Origin: Candidatus Nomurabacteria bacterium
GTDB taxonomy: Bacteria > Patescibacteriota > Minisyncoccia > Phycocordibacterales > UBA2100
Length of the DNA: 64,000 nt
Direction: 5' to 3'
Assembly: GCA_943359395.1 (NCBI GenBank)
Contig: CALRHH010000004.1
Coordinates: 1,699-65,698 of the forward strand
The notes under the pieces were generated by a model, which was not told the origin of the DNA, searched no databases, and saw only the letters and a program-made list of their open reading frames with translations. Below are positions 1-10,061 of the stretch, piece after piece. The translations under genes were made by a program, and so were the position numbers. Each line of letters opens with the position of its first letter. Within the stretch, counting starts at the first letter, position 1.

Positions 1-100
1 GAGCTCCGTCTTGGGGACCGGATATGCTTTTTTCAGGTAGGAAACGAGTTTCAATGCGCGCTCACGACGCTGCCTTTGCTTGACTCTTTTCACGGCCATA
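1..100 (-). CDS. nth: Endonuclease III (Nth)-like protein, N-terminal fragment only; the gene continues beyond the window start.
   Basis: Translating the reverse complement of 1..100 gives MAVKRVKQRQRRERALKLVSYLKKAYPVPKTEL, which resembles an EndoIII N-terminus. The ATG at 100..98 sits directly after the TAA stop of the upstream gene. Confidence 0.4.
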
Positions 101-463
101 TTACTCTTCGTCAACCACTCCCTCAGCTTCGGCGAGAGCCATAGACAAACGGTACGCCGACGCTTTTGCAAACCCGAACACTTCTAGAGAATACGGCTGT
201 CCCTCGGCGGCGTTAAAAGCGTTTTCAGTCTCCGCAAGTGCCGTTTCAAGAGCACTGAGTGCAGCGTGAATTTCTTCTCTGCGCGCGCTCGAAATCTCCC
301 CTAGGTCCGACGCAACGAGGTTGTTTTCATTCCGCCTCCGTTTTATCCAATCTCTAACCTCTCTGATGATTGCACTGGAGTTTTCTAACTCCCTCCTTCT
401 CTGTTGCAAACGGTCTCCCGGAGAAAAATTATCGTTGGCGGCTTTCCGAACCTCAAATGCCAT
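101..463 (-). CDS. Hypothetical protein, 120 aa.
   Basis: ORF in the supplied track with no recognisable motif; it is translationally coupled to the downstream nth-like gene. Confidence 0.4.
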   Translation of the reverse strand: MAFEVRKAANDNFSPGDRLQQRRRELENSSAIIREVRDWIKRRRNENNLVASDLGEISSARREEIHAALSALETALAETENAFNAAEGQPYSLEVFGFAKASAYRLSMALAEAEGVVDEE

Positions 464-467
464 ACGT

Positions 468-932
468 CTATTGAACCACTATCGGCACCGAAATAGAATC
501 GTCGTTTTCCGGCATGCCGGACGGATTGTCTCTCAAGAGAACTATTGTTGCCGGACCCGTGTAACCCGTCACCGTGACGGTAGCGATGAAATCGACTGAA
601 TCCACCGTCATCCAGTCACCCTGCGCTTGGGCGATACCTTGCCCTATGAAATTGTTGTCTGCATCAACCACCTTAATGGGAAATGACGCCTCAAAGTACC
701 ACGGTCCCGGGGCACTGCCGGCAACCGTGAAGACCTTGGGAACTGCACTACCGGAGATGGGTAACTTCACAATCACGCGACCGGAAAGCGGTTGAGTTGA
801 GGTCGCGGCAGGAGACGTAAAGGTCCCGGTGACTGGAGAAGCCGGCGCAGGTATTGCAATAAGTGCCCACGAAAGCCCTAAAATCACGAGGAAAAGTAAT
901 ACTAGTACGATAACCCACGTCCGCGTACCCAT
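468..932 (-). CDS. Secreted Gmad2/GerM-like immunoglobulin-fold protein with an N-terminal membrane anchor.
   Basis: N-terminal hydrophobic helix, then PAPAS linker and a WYFEASFPIKVVDADNNFIGQGIAQAQGDWMT beta-rich domain typical of Gmad2 Ig-like domains. Confidence 0.5.
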   Translation of the reverse strand: MGTRTWVIVLVLLFLVILGLSWALIAIPAPASPVTGTFTSPAATSTQPLSGRVIVKLPISGSAVPKVFTVAGSAPGPWYFEASFPIKVVDADNNFIGQGIAQAQGDWMTVDSVDFIATVTVTGYTGPATIVLLRDNPSGMPENDDSISVPIVVQ

Positions 933-973
933 GCACCCAGTATATGACGTTTCGATGCACTAAACCATTACAC

Positions 974-1924
974 TCAGAGTCCGGAGATTACACGGGCAAT
1001 TTTTCCAGAGTCGTGTCGAGCGATATCGGCCTCGGAGAAGAAATCCCCTCGGATTACCTTCGTCGCATAGGTATCAAGTTTTTCGTCACAAAGTATCGGA
1101 TATTTTTTCTCGTTTTCGTATGCGGTCACGAGGGCCGTATCCATCGGTTCGGTGTTGCAAATGGCATAATCAAATTTCTCAAGACCGCTGTAAGCGAGCA
1201 GTTCACGCGCCATATCTGATGCCGCAAAACCGTGCGTCTCTCCCCACTTACTCATAAGGTTTGTGACCATTATTTTCTTCCCTTTGCTTTCCCGGAGAGC
1301 TTCGGACATTCCTCCGACGAGGAGATTCGGAATGACCGACGTGTACGGGTCCCCCGGACCGATAACGATGAGGTTGGCTTCTTGTATTGCCCGCTTAGCC
1401 TCTTCAAACAAGGACGCGGGCGGGCTGAGAAAAACTTCTTGTATTCGAACCGAGCCGTCATGCTTTGGAATATCGATATTGGTCTCTCCGGTTATCTCTT
1501 CCCCATTTTCAAGAATCGCGTGCAAGTCCGACTTATCGACCGAAACGGGAAGAACTTTCCCCTTGAGGTCGAGGAGCTCGGAAGCTTTTCGTATAGCCTC
1601 AATATCACTTCCGTAGATTGAGGAAAGTGCAACAAGAAAAAGGTTGCCAAAGCTGTGGCCGGAGAGTCCCGTGCCTCCATTGAAACGATAGTTGAATAGC
1701 TCGCGCAATATCTCCGCCCGTTTTCCATCCGAAAGTGCGAGAAGACATCGCCGGACATCGCCGGGCGGTAAGACTCCGAACTCATCGCGAAGAATGCCCG
1801 ATGAGCTGCCAGAATCAAACATCGACACGACGGCGGTAATATCGAGTGGAAATTCTTTCAATCCGCGCAATACAACGTAGCTCCCTGTTCCTCCACCTAT
1901 GGTGACAACTTTCTTCATGCTCAT
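974..1924 (-). CDS. yvcK: YvcK/CofD-family protein (gluconeogenesis factor, UPF0052).
   Basis: KKVVTIGGGTGSYVVLRGLK N-terminal motif, SMFDSGSSSGILRDEFGVLPPGDVRRCL, and NLIVIGPGDPYTSVIPNLLV. Confidence 0.8.
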   Translation of the reverse strand: MSMKKVVTIGGGTGSYVVLRGLKEFPLDITAVVSMFDSGSSSGILRDEFGVLPPGDVRRCLLALSDGKRAEILRELFNYRFNGGTGLSGHSFGNLFLVALSSIYGSDIEAIRKASELLDLKGKVLPVSVDKSDLHAILENGEEITGETNIDIPKHDGSVRIQEVFLSPPASLFEEAKRAIQEANLIVIGPGDPYTSVIPNLLVGGMSEALRESKGKKIMVTNLMSKWGETHGFAASDMARELLAYSGLEKFDYAICNTEPMDTALVTAYENEKKYPILCDEKLDTYATKVIRGDFFSEADIARHDSGKIARVISGL

Positions 1925-1936
1925 GATTGAGAAACT

Positions 1937-2530
1937 CTATACTGCTACGCCGAATTTTACCAGCTCTTCGAGCAGCACCTGAAGAGGGAGCCCGACGACG
2001 TTGTCCATATCTCCTTCAATCTTTTCGACAAACCGTGCGCCCCCGCCTTGGATAGCATAACCGCCCGCCTTCCCTAGGGACTCACCCGTTGCTATATACA
2101 AGATTATTGCTTCTTCGGTCAAAGCACGAAAACTCACTTTAGTTTCGACTGTGCGCGCGATTTTTTCCCCAGTCTTTGTATCAATAATGGCAAACCCCGT
2201 AAGGATGCTATGCGTTTTTCCGCTCAACACGCGAAGCATCTCGCGCGCCTGCTCGAGAGTTACTGGTTTTCCAATTACCCTGCCATCGCATACGACAACT
2301 GTGTCAGCTCCGACGATGAGCGCGTCTGGATGTCGAGCGGCAATCGCCGACGCTTTGCCTTCTGCCAAGTGCTGGACTAAGTCATTCGGCGCAAACGGGA
2401 GCGTCAAATCTTCTTCATATCCGCTGTCCTCCACCGCGAACGGGATTCCAGCCCTTTTCAGGATTTCATAACGCTGTTTTGAGGTGGAGGCGAGAATTAC
2501 CTGCTTCATGTGATGTTGTAAAATTACCAA
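1937..2530 (-). CDS. maf: Maf-family nucleoside triphosphate pyrophosphatase (septum formation protein).
   Basis: VILASTSKQRYEILKRAGIPF, GADTVVVCDGRVIGKP, GKAGGYAIQG. Confidence 0.85.
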   Translation of the reverse strand: MVILQHHMKQVILASTSKQRYEILKRAGIPFAVEDSGYEEDLTLPFAPNDLVQHLAEGKASAIAARHPDALIVGADTVVVCDGRVIGKPVTLEQAREMLRVLSGKTHSILTGFAIIDTKTGEKIARTVETKVSFRALTEEAIILYIATGESLGKAGGYAIQGGGARFVEKIEGDMDNVVGLPLQVLLEELVKFGVAV

Positions 2531-2689
2531 GTCTCGAATCTGCTGATTCGCATGTCGCGTGATCGATTCTGCAGATGATTCAGCAGAATCACCTACGTGG
2601 CTCGTGTCGCGTACTGTCCATTATAACGCGACCTTCAACGCGATCTATTGCATATCTCAAATAAGGCTGCTACTATGCACGCACACACC

Positions 2690-2829
2690 CCATACGTATC
2701 AAGAGCGTGGCGAGAGTTCCGGCTCAACGAACCACCAGCAGCGTGCTCGAAAGAGTAACGTGCTCCATCCGGCCCTTTACGGGAAGATGCTTCATCGAAT
2801 GTAGTCTCCCGACAGGGAGACGTTTTGTT
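2690..2829 (+). promoter_or_regulatory. Candidate riboswitch-like 5' leader of metK with an intrinsic terminator.
   Basis: A GTATCAAGAG segment resembling the SAM-I P1/J1-2 motif, a structured GC-rich core, and a terminator GTCTCCC-GACA-GGGAGAC + TTTTGTT at 2804..2829, which lies 33 nt upstream of the metK ATG. Confidence 0.4.
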
Positions 2830-2862
2830 ACTAACCAACAACTAGCAACTAATACTTAGTTT

Positions 2863-3918
2863 ATGTTCCACTCACTTGAGCGATACACGACAGAGAGCGT
2901 TACCTCAGGACATCCCGATAAAGTGTGTGACCAAATATCAGACGCTATTCTCGATGCGTGCCTCGCGCAGGACCCTTCGAGCCGCGTCGCTGTAGAATCT
3001 TTCGGCAGCCACGGTACGCTCATGCTCGGCGGAGAAGTAAAAACGAAGGCAAAAGTAAATTTTGAAAAAATCGCACGCAAGGTATACCGCGAAATTGGAT
3101 ACACGGATACCCTCAAGGTACTCAACACAATCGCCGTACAATCCCCCGACATCGCGATGGGAGTTGATACGGGCGGCGCGGGAGACCAAGGCATCATGTA
3201 CGGCTATGCGACGAACGAAACGAAAGAGATGCTTCCGCTCGGCGTCGTTCTCTCACATGCACTTGCCCATCGACTCGAGAAGCTCCGCCGTGACGGCACA
3301 CTGAAGTGGCTCAAACCTGACGGTAAAACACAGGTAACGATAAGCAATGGCAAGGTCATCACTGCGCTTTGCTCGACGCAGCACGACAAGAAAGTCTCAC
3401 AAGAAGAAATACGGAAGCAGCTCATCAAACACCTTTTCACTCCCGTACTCGGTTCTGTGAAAAACATCGAAATACTCGTGAATCCGACAGGACAATTTAT
3501 CATCGGTGGATTTACTGCCGATGCAGGTCTCACCGGCCGCAAGATAATGGTGGATACGTATGGCGGTGTCATGCCGCACGGAGGCGGGGCGTTCTCAGGA
3601 AAAGATTCAACAAAAGTAGACCGATCAGCCGCCTACATGTGCCGCTTCGTTGCCAAGAATCTTGTTGCAAATGGATATGCAAAGAAAGCTCTCGTCTCTG
3701 TCGCCTATGCTATCGGACGCATCGAGCCGGTCATGATTGAGGCATTTGATGAGAAAGGAAAGAACCTCACGAAGGTTGTGAACGAAAACTTCGATTTCCG
3801 TCCGCAGGCAATTATCGAACGCCTCGGCCTCCGTAAGCCAATATTCCGCGAAACAGCTGCATACGGACACTTCGGAGTAAGCGGCCGCCCGTGGGAAAAA
3901 ATAATCAAACTGAAGTAG
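2863..3918 (+). CDS. metK: S-adenosylmethionine synthetase.
   Basis: GHPDKVCDQISDAILDA, GGGAFSGKDSTKVDRSAAY, and a C-terminal ETAAYGHFG motif. Confidence 0.9.
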   Translation: MFHSLERYTTESVTSGHPDKVCDQISDAILDACLAQDPSSRVAVESFGSHGTLMLGGEVKTKAKVNFEKIARKVYREIGYTDTLKVLNTIAVQSPDIAMGVDTGGAGDQGIMYGYATNETKEMLPLGVVLSHALAHRLEKLRRDGTLKWLKPDGKTQVTISNGKVITALCSTQHDKKVSQEEIRKQLIKHLFTPVLGSVKNIEILVNPTGQFIIGGFTADAGLTGRKIMVDTYGGVMPHGGGAFSGKDSTKVDRSAAYMCRFVAKNLVANGYAKKALVSVAYAIGRIEPVMIEAFDEKGKNLTKVVNENFDFRPQAIIERLGLRKPIFRETAAYGHFGVSGRPWEKIIKLK

Positions 3919-3927
3919 AATGCTGGG

Positions 3928-4578
3928 ATGAATAAGGCTTTCATCTTTGACATGGATGGTGTCCTCGTTGATAGCGAGCGTATCTGGGCTGCGGAAGAGT
4001 ACGATTTCATGGCCGATTTTTTTGGAAAAAACATCGCGGATAAAATGGGCAGCACGATGGGAGTCAGCGTTAATGAGGTCTATCAAAGAGCCGTCAGCTT
4101 CGGGACGTCAATAAAAAAGGAAACGTATGTGAAAACGTTCGACGAAAAGGCACGCTCAATCTATTCACGCGCGTCCTTGATAGAAGGGACGGATGAGTTG
4201 GTTACATATCTAGTATCCCAAGGATTCAAACTTGCCCTCGTCTCGGCGTCCCGACTTAACGGAATTGAACAAGTTTTGCAACAACTCTCGTTCAAAGAAA
4301 AATTTGAGACTGTTATATCAATCAATGATGCCCGTCTTCCTTCGAAACCTGCACCTGATGGTTTTCTTGAGGCACTTCGACGGCTCGACGCCGAGCCGAA
4401 AGAATCTATCGTCCTCGAAGATTCCAATAGAGGCATCGCTTCAGGCAAAGCGGCAGGTTGTTATGTCATAGGCTACAACGGACACCTCACCGAGGGCTAC
4501 GAACAAATCGGAGCCGATGCATATGCCGACACAATGGATGATGTAATCAAGCTCGTTGGGTCATTCGACGGTAACTGA
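3928..4578 (+). CDS. HAD-superfamily hydrolase (beta-phosphoglucomutase-like).
   Basis: FIFDMDGVLVDSE motif I and a later EDSNRGIASGKAAG motif. Confidence 0.75.
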   Translation: MNKAFIFDMDGVLVDSERIWAAEEYDFMADFFGKNIADKMGSTMGVSVNEVYQRAVSFGTSIKKETYVKTFDEKARSIYSRASLIEGTDELVTYLVSQGFKLALVSASRLNGIEQVLQQLSFKEKFETVISINDARLPSKPAPDGFLEALRRLDAEPKESIVLEDSNRGIASGKAAGCYVIGYNGHLTEGYEQIGADAYADTMDDVIKLVGSFDGN

Positions 4579-6387
4579 CTTCGCAAGATTTCTCGGCCTG
4601 TCGGGGTTGTACCCATTCGCTTTCGAGAAGTAGTACGAGAAGAGATGGAGGGGTACAGCGTTCAAAATCGGGGAGAGCATTTCGCTCGTTTCTGGTACAA
4701 AAAATACATCACCTGCTACGCTTGCAACTTCTGTGTCTCCCTCTGTTGTAAGCGCAATCACTGGTCCTTTCCGCGCTTTTATCTGCTGAATGTTGGAGAG
4801 CATTTTCTCATACACGCTGTCCTTCGGTACAATCGCAAATGTGGGAAATTCCTCATCAATCATCGCGATGGGGCCGTGCTTCATCTCACCTGCTCCACAT
4901 CCCTCCGCATGAATGTAAGAGAGTTCTTTGAGCTTAAGTGCTCCTTCGTACGCGATAGGTAGATTATATTTCCTTCCAATGTAAAGAAAGTCTCGAACGG
5001 AGGCATACTTCTTCGCGAGCTCCTCGATCTCCCCTTTACGGTCGAGAATACTCTGGATCTTTTGTGGAAGCGACTTCAGCTCTTGGGCAATTTTCTCGCC
5101 CTCTGATTGAGACATCCCACGCTGCCGACCGAGAAAAACCGTGAGGAGGGCGAGTGCGACGAGTTGGGACACAAATGCTTTCGTAGAGGCAACACCGATT
5201 TCTGGGCCTGCGTGGTTGTAAACACCAGCGTCTGTTTCGCGCGCAATAGTGCTCCCCACCGTATTCACAATGCCGAGAGTAAGAGCACCATGTCGCTTTC
5301 CCTCTCTAAGAGCTTCAAGCGTGTCGGCTGTTTCGCCTGACTGAGAGATGCCGAGAACGATGGTGCGCTCGTTAATAACGGGTTTTCTGTATCGAAACTC
5401 TGAACCAAGCTCTACTTCAACGGGAATACCCGCGTACTCCTCAAGCATGTATTCTCCCACGAGCCCCGCGTAGTAGGCGGTGCCGCAGGCGACGATAATA
5501 ATCCTATCAATCTTCTCAAGCTGCTCCGCAACACTTTCGAGCCCCCCTAACTTTGCAAGACCTTTCTCAGGAATAAGTCTTCCACGTAAAGTATTCACAA
5601 CAACCTCGGGTGCCTCTAATATTTCTTTTATCATGAAATGCTCGTGCCCCCCTTTTTGCGCGGCCTCAGCGCTCCAGTCAATATCCGTAGTGGCCCGATG
5701 TACGTTTGACGCGTCGAGTTTGAAGATTTTATGACCATCAGAAGAAATCACCGCCACATCCCCGTCTTCGAGAAAGACGACCTTACGAGTGTGCGGCAAG
5801 ATAGGTGACGGGTCTGACGCAACGAAGTGCTCGCCGTCCCCAAGCCCGAGCACGATGGGTGAGCCCATGCGCGCAGCAATTATTTTGTCTGGTTCCATTT
5901 TGTACTGAAGCGCAATACCGTACGTACCTCGTACCTCGTTGAGTGCTGCAAGCGCGGCCTTTTCAAAACTCTTTTCCGTCTTCAAGTGCTCTTCTACGAG
6001 ATGCGCCAGTACTTCAGTATCGGTTGCAGACTTGAACTCATGTCCGGCCACCTCAAGCTTCTTTTTCAATTCCTTAAAGTTCTCGATGATGCCATTGTGC
6101 ACAACCCATATTTCCCCGCTCCCATCACTGTGCGGGTGTGCGTTTTGCTCAGTAGGTTCTCCATGTGTCGCCCAGCGTAAATGCGCGATACCGCTCTTCC
6201 CTTTAAAATCTTTTGGTATCTTTTTTCGTAACTCCGCGACAGCGCCTGGGGCTCGTACAACACCTGCTTCTGGCATGAAGATACCAGCCGAATCGTACCC
6301 TCGGTATTCGAGAGAAAGAAGCCCGTCGAGCAGGACTCCGCCAGCTTCTTTTCCCTTCTTACCCGTATAAGCAAAAATCCCACACAT
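4561..6387 (-). CDS. glmS: Glutamine--fructose-6-phosphate aminotransferase.
   Basis: MCGIFAY N-terminal nucleophile, two SIS domains, and a C-terminal DRPRNLAKSVTVE. Confidence 0.95.
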   Translation of the reverse strand: MCGIFAYTGKKGKEAGGVLLDGLLSLEYRGYDSAGIFMPEAGVVRAPGAVAELRKKIPKDFKGKSGIAHLRWATHGEPTEQNAHPHSDGSGEIWVVHNGIIENFKELKKKLEVAGHEFKSATDTEVLAHLVEEHLKTEKSFEKAALAALNEVRGTYGIALQYKMEPDKIIAARMGSPIVLGLGDGEHFVASDPSPILPHTRKVVFLEDGDVAVISSDGHKIFKLDASNVHRATTDIDWSAEAAQKGGHEHFMIKEILEAPEVVVNTLRGRLIPEKGLAKLGGLESVAEQLEKIDRIIIVACGTAYYAGLVGEYMLEEYAGIPVEVELGSEFRYRKPVINERTIVLGISQSGETADTLEALREGKRHGALTLGIVNTVGSTIARETDAGVYNHAGPEIGVASTKAFVSQLVALALLTVFLGRQRGMSQSEGEKIAQELKSLPQKIQSILDRKGEIEELAKKYASVRDFLYIGRKYNLPIAYEGALKLKELSYIHAEGCGAGEMKHGPIAMIDEEFPTFAIVPKDSVYEKMLSNIQQIKARKGPVIALTTEGDTEVASVAGDVFFVPETSEMLSPILNAVPLHLFSYYFSKANGYNPDRPRNLAKSVTVE

Positions 6388-6493
6388 CGCGCCACTCTAT
6401 CACGCCAAGTGAGGATTCGAAATTCAAGCTTGCTTGGATTTCGTCCGAGCGATGGCGGGTTACGCTATCTAGTACCATGTTTGGCATTAAAAA

Positions 6494-7477
6494 TTAACGC
6501 AGAATGAGGTCAGCAGTATCCGCTCGAAAATTATTGATGGCTGAGTGTATTGAGGCGGCATCTGCTGGACGTTGAGGATACGTACGGTTGGATAGGATGA
6601 CGAGCGCGATACCACGACGAAAATCGACAGCCACAGAGGTGCCTGTAAAACCTGTTTTCCCAAATGCCCCCTCGCTCCAACGTTCTCCCATGAACCACGC
6701 TTCTGCCTTTTGCCAGCCCAAGCCCCTTTGTCCCCCTTCGACGATAGCGGGGTGCACCCCTTGCAACAAACTCTCTAAAAAATGCAGGATGTCGGGAGCG
6801 GTGCTGAAAAGTCCTGCGTGGCCGACAGTTCGGCGCGCGCGCGAGAATACGCGCGCACTTTCATCGTGGACCACTCCGCAAATCTCTTCCCCTTCGATTA
6901 TTTCGGTCGGTGCACAATCAGAAGGCGACGGAAAGAAAGTCGTGCTTTCCATCTTAAGTGGTTCAAAAAAGTATCGGTGAGAAAGCTCCGCAAGAGAGCC
7001 GCCTCCTACTCGCTCCAGAACGAGGCCAAGAACATACGCCGGTAGATTCGTGTAGACTCTTTCTCCGGCAGGTCCGTCAAAACCATGCTCGAGGATATGC
7101 ATTCGTACCTCCTCACATGTTCGGTGCGACAATTCAGAGAGCCGTGTCCCACGGACTCGGTAAGTCAGGATGTCCTGGATAGTCGCTCCGTAGTCGTTTT
7201 GTAGTTCAGGTATGTAGTTCGTCACCTTGTCGGTAAGTTGCAACTTTTCTTCGGCAATGAAAGTCAGTGCAAGCGAGGCGACAGGAATGGATTTCGTGAC
7301 AGATGCAAGGTCGTAGACAGTATCTCCCACAACCTTCGGTGAATCCGGCTCGTAGGTAAGCTTTCCAAACGGAAACATCTCTCGGTCACCACTTTTCTTG
7401 ACGAAACCAATGACGCAACCTGGAAACACTTTTTCTCGTATCGCCTGCTCCGTACGACTTTGAATCTCGTTACGCAT
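6494..7477 (-). CDS. Serine hydrolase of the beta-lactamase / penicillin-binding-protein family.
   Basis: SVTKS (SxxK) motif and a YDLASVTK context typical of class C/DD-peptidase fold. Confidence 0.7.
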   Translation of the reverse strand: MRNEIQSRTEQAIREKVFPGCVIGFVKKSGDREMFPFGKLTYEPDSPKVVGDTVYDLASVTKSIPVASLALTFIAEEKLQLTDKVTNYIPELQNDYGATIQDILTYRVRGTRLSELSHRTCEEVRMHILEHGFDGPAGERVYTNLPAYVLGLVLERVGGGSLAELSHRYFFEPLKMESTTFFPSPSDCAPTEIIEGEEICGVVHDESARVFSRARRTVGHAGLFSTAPDILHFLESLLQGVHPAIVEGGQRGLGWQKAEAWFMGERWSEGAFGKTGFTGTSVAVDFRRGIALVILSNRTYPQRPADAASIHSAINNFRADTADLILR

Positions 7478-8594
7478 TCGGATACATCGCCTTTATTTCT
7501 TTTGCGAGATAGGGGTTCCACATTGCTCCCGTTGCGGTCATGACAACATCTGCCCCCGCTTCGCGGTATTCCTTGAAGTCCTGCGGAACGGTAACTCCGC
7601 CGCATCCGACTATCGCAAACTTCCCGCCCATCTTTTCGCGCGCTGCTTTCAGACGATGCGTCATGTCGAGACCTGCCCACTTTATCGCCGCACCACACAC
7701 GCCGCTCCGCTCGCGTTTCGGTCCCGGAAGCGCTTGATTTCCCTTCTCATCTAGGATGACCGCGGAAATCGTATTAATAGCGGATATCGCGTGTCCATAT
7801 TTTTCGGCGATGTGTGCGAGTCGTTCAATATCCGCATCGTCCTTGTAGTAGCCAACTTTTAGTATGAGGGGAAGCTTCTTTATCTTGGCGCGTACAGCCT
7901 CGCACACACGCTCGGTCATGTACAGATTGTAACAAACTAAACCTTCATTGCCGATATTTGGGCATGAAAGGTTTGCCTCCAGTATCGGGGCACTCGTCCG
8001 AGCGGCGAGCGCGGCTGCCTGTGCAAAGTCCGCAACGAATTCATCTTCTGTCTGCTTCTCTTTCACCGTGCCCATAAAACTCATGACCATGACTTGCCAC
8101 TTGTGAGCGTACACCACCGCCTTCTTCGCGTCTTCAAGCCATGTCTCGGAGGGACGTGATGGAACTCCGAAAGAATTTGTAATCGAGAGCGGTTCTGAAT
8201 ACACGGGAACAGCGGTAACGGGCCTGCTTGCTTTCTCGAGAGGCAAATCACCTTCGACCTTGACGCCGAGTACGTTTGGAAAAGGGTGGCACGGGAATTC
8301 ATTTGCACGGACCGTCTTGTACACCGCGATATCGAATCCTTTATCGAACGCTCCTTTCACGTAGCCGCTGTTCAATAGAGGGCCAGCGGGAATGCCGAGT
8401 GGATACGCGATTTTCTGACCGAGAAAATCGAAGCGCGGTCTACCGTCTGGCACCACCACCCCATCGGCAAAGCCGCCGAAGGGACCTTGCTTATAGTTGT
8501 CTTCATAGGACTTGAGAGGGTCGTAGAAAGGAGTCTGCAACATAGCTTCAGAATACCACAATCTCATTTTCCGGCACTTGGTATTTTCTTCCAC
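7470..8594 (-). CDS. Dihydroorotate dehydrogenase / dihydropyrimidine dehydrogenase family FMN TIM-barrel oxidoreductase.
   Basis: FAIVGCGGVTVPQDFKEYREAGADVVMTATG C-terminus and a LKVGYY flavin-binding region. Confidence 0.6.
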   Translation of the reverse strand: MEENTKCRKMRLWYSEAMLQTPFYDPLKSYEDNYKQGPFGGFADGVVVPDGRPRFDFLGQKIAYPLGIPAGPLLNSGYVKGAFDKGFDIAVYKTVRANEFPCHPFPNVLGVKVEGDLPLEKASRPVTAVPVYSEPLSITNSFGVPSRPSETWLEDAKKAVVYAHKWQVMVMSFMGTVKEKQTEDEFVADFAQAAALAARTSAPILEANLSCPNIGNEGLVCYNLYMTERVCEAVRAKIKKLPLILKVGYYKDDADIERLAHIAEKYGHAISAINTISAVILDEKGNQALPGPKRERSGVCGAAIKWAGLDMTHRLKAAREKMGGKFAIVGCGGVTVPQDFKEYREAGADVVMTATGAMWNPYLAKEIKAMYPNA

Positions 8595-9169
8595 TTATTC
8601 GCGTCCATATGCCATTGCGCTACATTTGCCTTCTGCAGCCTGTCCCAGAGCGTCTTCGCGGTCTTAGTATACAATTTCTCATCACGCACGAATTTCCGCA
8701 TTTTTCTCCATTTTTTTGGGAGTTTGTGCCCTTGCTCCTCAAACTCCTTGAGCTCGAGGTCAATATCAAGGTTGTCGGCATCTTTCACTATCTTTGCTTC
8801 TATCGTGTCTCGCCTCTCGTACTGAGCATGGATATCTTCAAAGTCGGGAAACGAAGTACCTACAAAAAGGTCACGTGCTGCGTGAGCGTCATCTGTATTC
8901 GAATATACCTTGTGCACATATGCGAGGTCGGCGGTGCGCGTTTCGGGGAGGTCGTGCGCGAGCGCCATCTTGATGATGATAGCCTCGTCTCCTTTCTTTT
9001 CTTTACGCGCAATAAGAAGAGCGAGAAAAATGACGCGCATCGTGTGCTCAAGGTTACTTGCGCAGGAAACCCCCAAGTGCTGAATCCAGGCACGCGGGAT
9101 ATTTCGGAGCGAGCCTATCTCAAAGAGGAATTCGGTGTCCCTATCCTTCATGTGATTTTGCGAAATCAT
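8564..9169 (-). CDS. HD-domain phosphohydrolase (YfbR-like 5'-deoxynucleotidase).
   Basis: HTMRV...HDLPE...DADNLD HD motifs. Confidence 0.7.
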   Translation of the reverse strand: MISQNHMKDRDTEFLFEIGSLRNIPRAWIQHLGVSCASNLEHTMRVIFLALLIARKEKKGDEAIIIKMALAHDLPETRTADLAYVHKVYSNTDDAHAARDLFVGTSFPDFEDIHAQYERRDTIEAKIVKDADNLDIDLELKEFEEQGHKLPKKWRKMRKFVRDEKLYTKTAKTLWDRLQKANVAQWHMDANKWKKIPSAGK

Positions 9170-9233
9170 GCCGCGTAATCGTCAATTTAGACGCGGCTCA
9201 GTATACCCCCACAGCTCGTTGAGCGCGAAGCGA

Positions 9234-9650
9234 TTACCGCGACACCTTTTTCAAGACCGCCTTTCCTCTCTTGCTGGCCTTTTTTGCTTGTTTGACTACG
9301 GACGCACCACCCCTCCTCAATTCGACGGCTATCTTCTTCCAGTTGCTCTTGAGTTCCTTAGCAGCGCGTTCTATTTCCCCACGGTCAAGGTTGCGAACGC
9401 CCTTGTAAGCACGCGTGGATTGCTCAACGATAGCAGCGACTGCAGTGCGGTCGATTTTCTTGAGCGCCTTCGCACGCTTCACCACATCCTTCTTTAACTC
9501 TCTTGCCCACCGTGCCGCTATCCGACGATTTTTCTTTGCGTCTTTGCTTGCGTAGAAGTAGTACCCTGCGGCAGCCAACGCGGCTGCTGCAATCACCCCT
9601 GATCCCACCTTTCCAACCTTGCCCGATTTTTTCTTTTTTGTAGTAGCCAT
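9234..9650 (-). CDS. Lysine-rich, membrane-anchored hypothetical protein.
   Basis: MATTKKKKSGKVGK, then one transmembrane helix and a highly basic K/R-rich tail. Confidence 0.4.
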   Translation of the reverse strand: MATTKKKKSGKVGKVGSGVIAAAALAAAGYYFYASKDAKKNRRIAARWARELKKDVVKRAKALKKIDRTAVAAIVEQSTRAYKGVRNLDRGEIERAAKELKSNWKKIAVELRRGGASVVKQAKKASKRGKAVLKKVSR

Positions 9651-9680
9651 ATATTTTTTAAAGCCTATAAATTGCCCACT

Positions 9681-9968
9681 CTACTTGCCTTTCCCCCTCT
9701 CTTTTTTCTCCCAAAAGCGAGCAACCCTGCTCGAGAAGAGACTCGCGATGTGGGCAAATTTGAAACCCTCGCTTTTGATGCGCGCACGCATGAGGGCAAC
9801 ATCATTTCGGAATAAAGTGCTCTCTTCCGAAAACTCACGCGATATATCTTCAACGTGCCCAAGAATGCGCCAGACGCGAAAAAGAATGAGTGTAACAAAT
9901 ATTCCAAGCGCCAAGACTACTAGCGTGGTTACGACGAAGAATATATCCATTTTGAGAAAATCGTTCAT
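9681..9968 (-). CDS. Small hypothetical membrane protein.
   Basis: One predicted TM helix (FFVVTTLVVLALGIFVTLILF). Confidence 0.35.
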   Translation of the reverse strand: MNDFLKMDIFFVVTTLVVLALGIFVTLILFRVWRILGHVEDISREFSEESTLFRNDVALMRARIKSEGFKFAHIASLFSSRVARFWEKKERGKGK

Positions 9969-10061
9969 ACTAACGGCAATTGCCTATGCACTTCGTAAGC
10001 GCACACCCCCCAGGAGCATCCTATTTGTATTGTACTCGAAAATAACCTCTTCGCACACTTA

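Noticed and set aside
2559-2841. Small ORFs (81 aa on the plus strand, 68 aa on the minus strand) in the maf-metK intergenic region.
   Set aside because: The region looks like a structured RNA leader with a terminator, and the ORFs have no Shine-Dalgarno or motifs.
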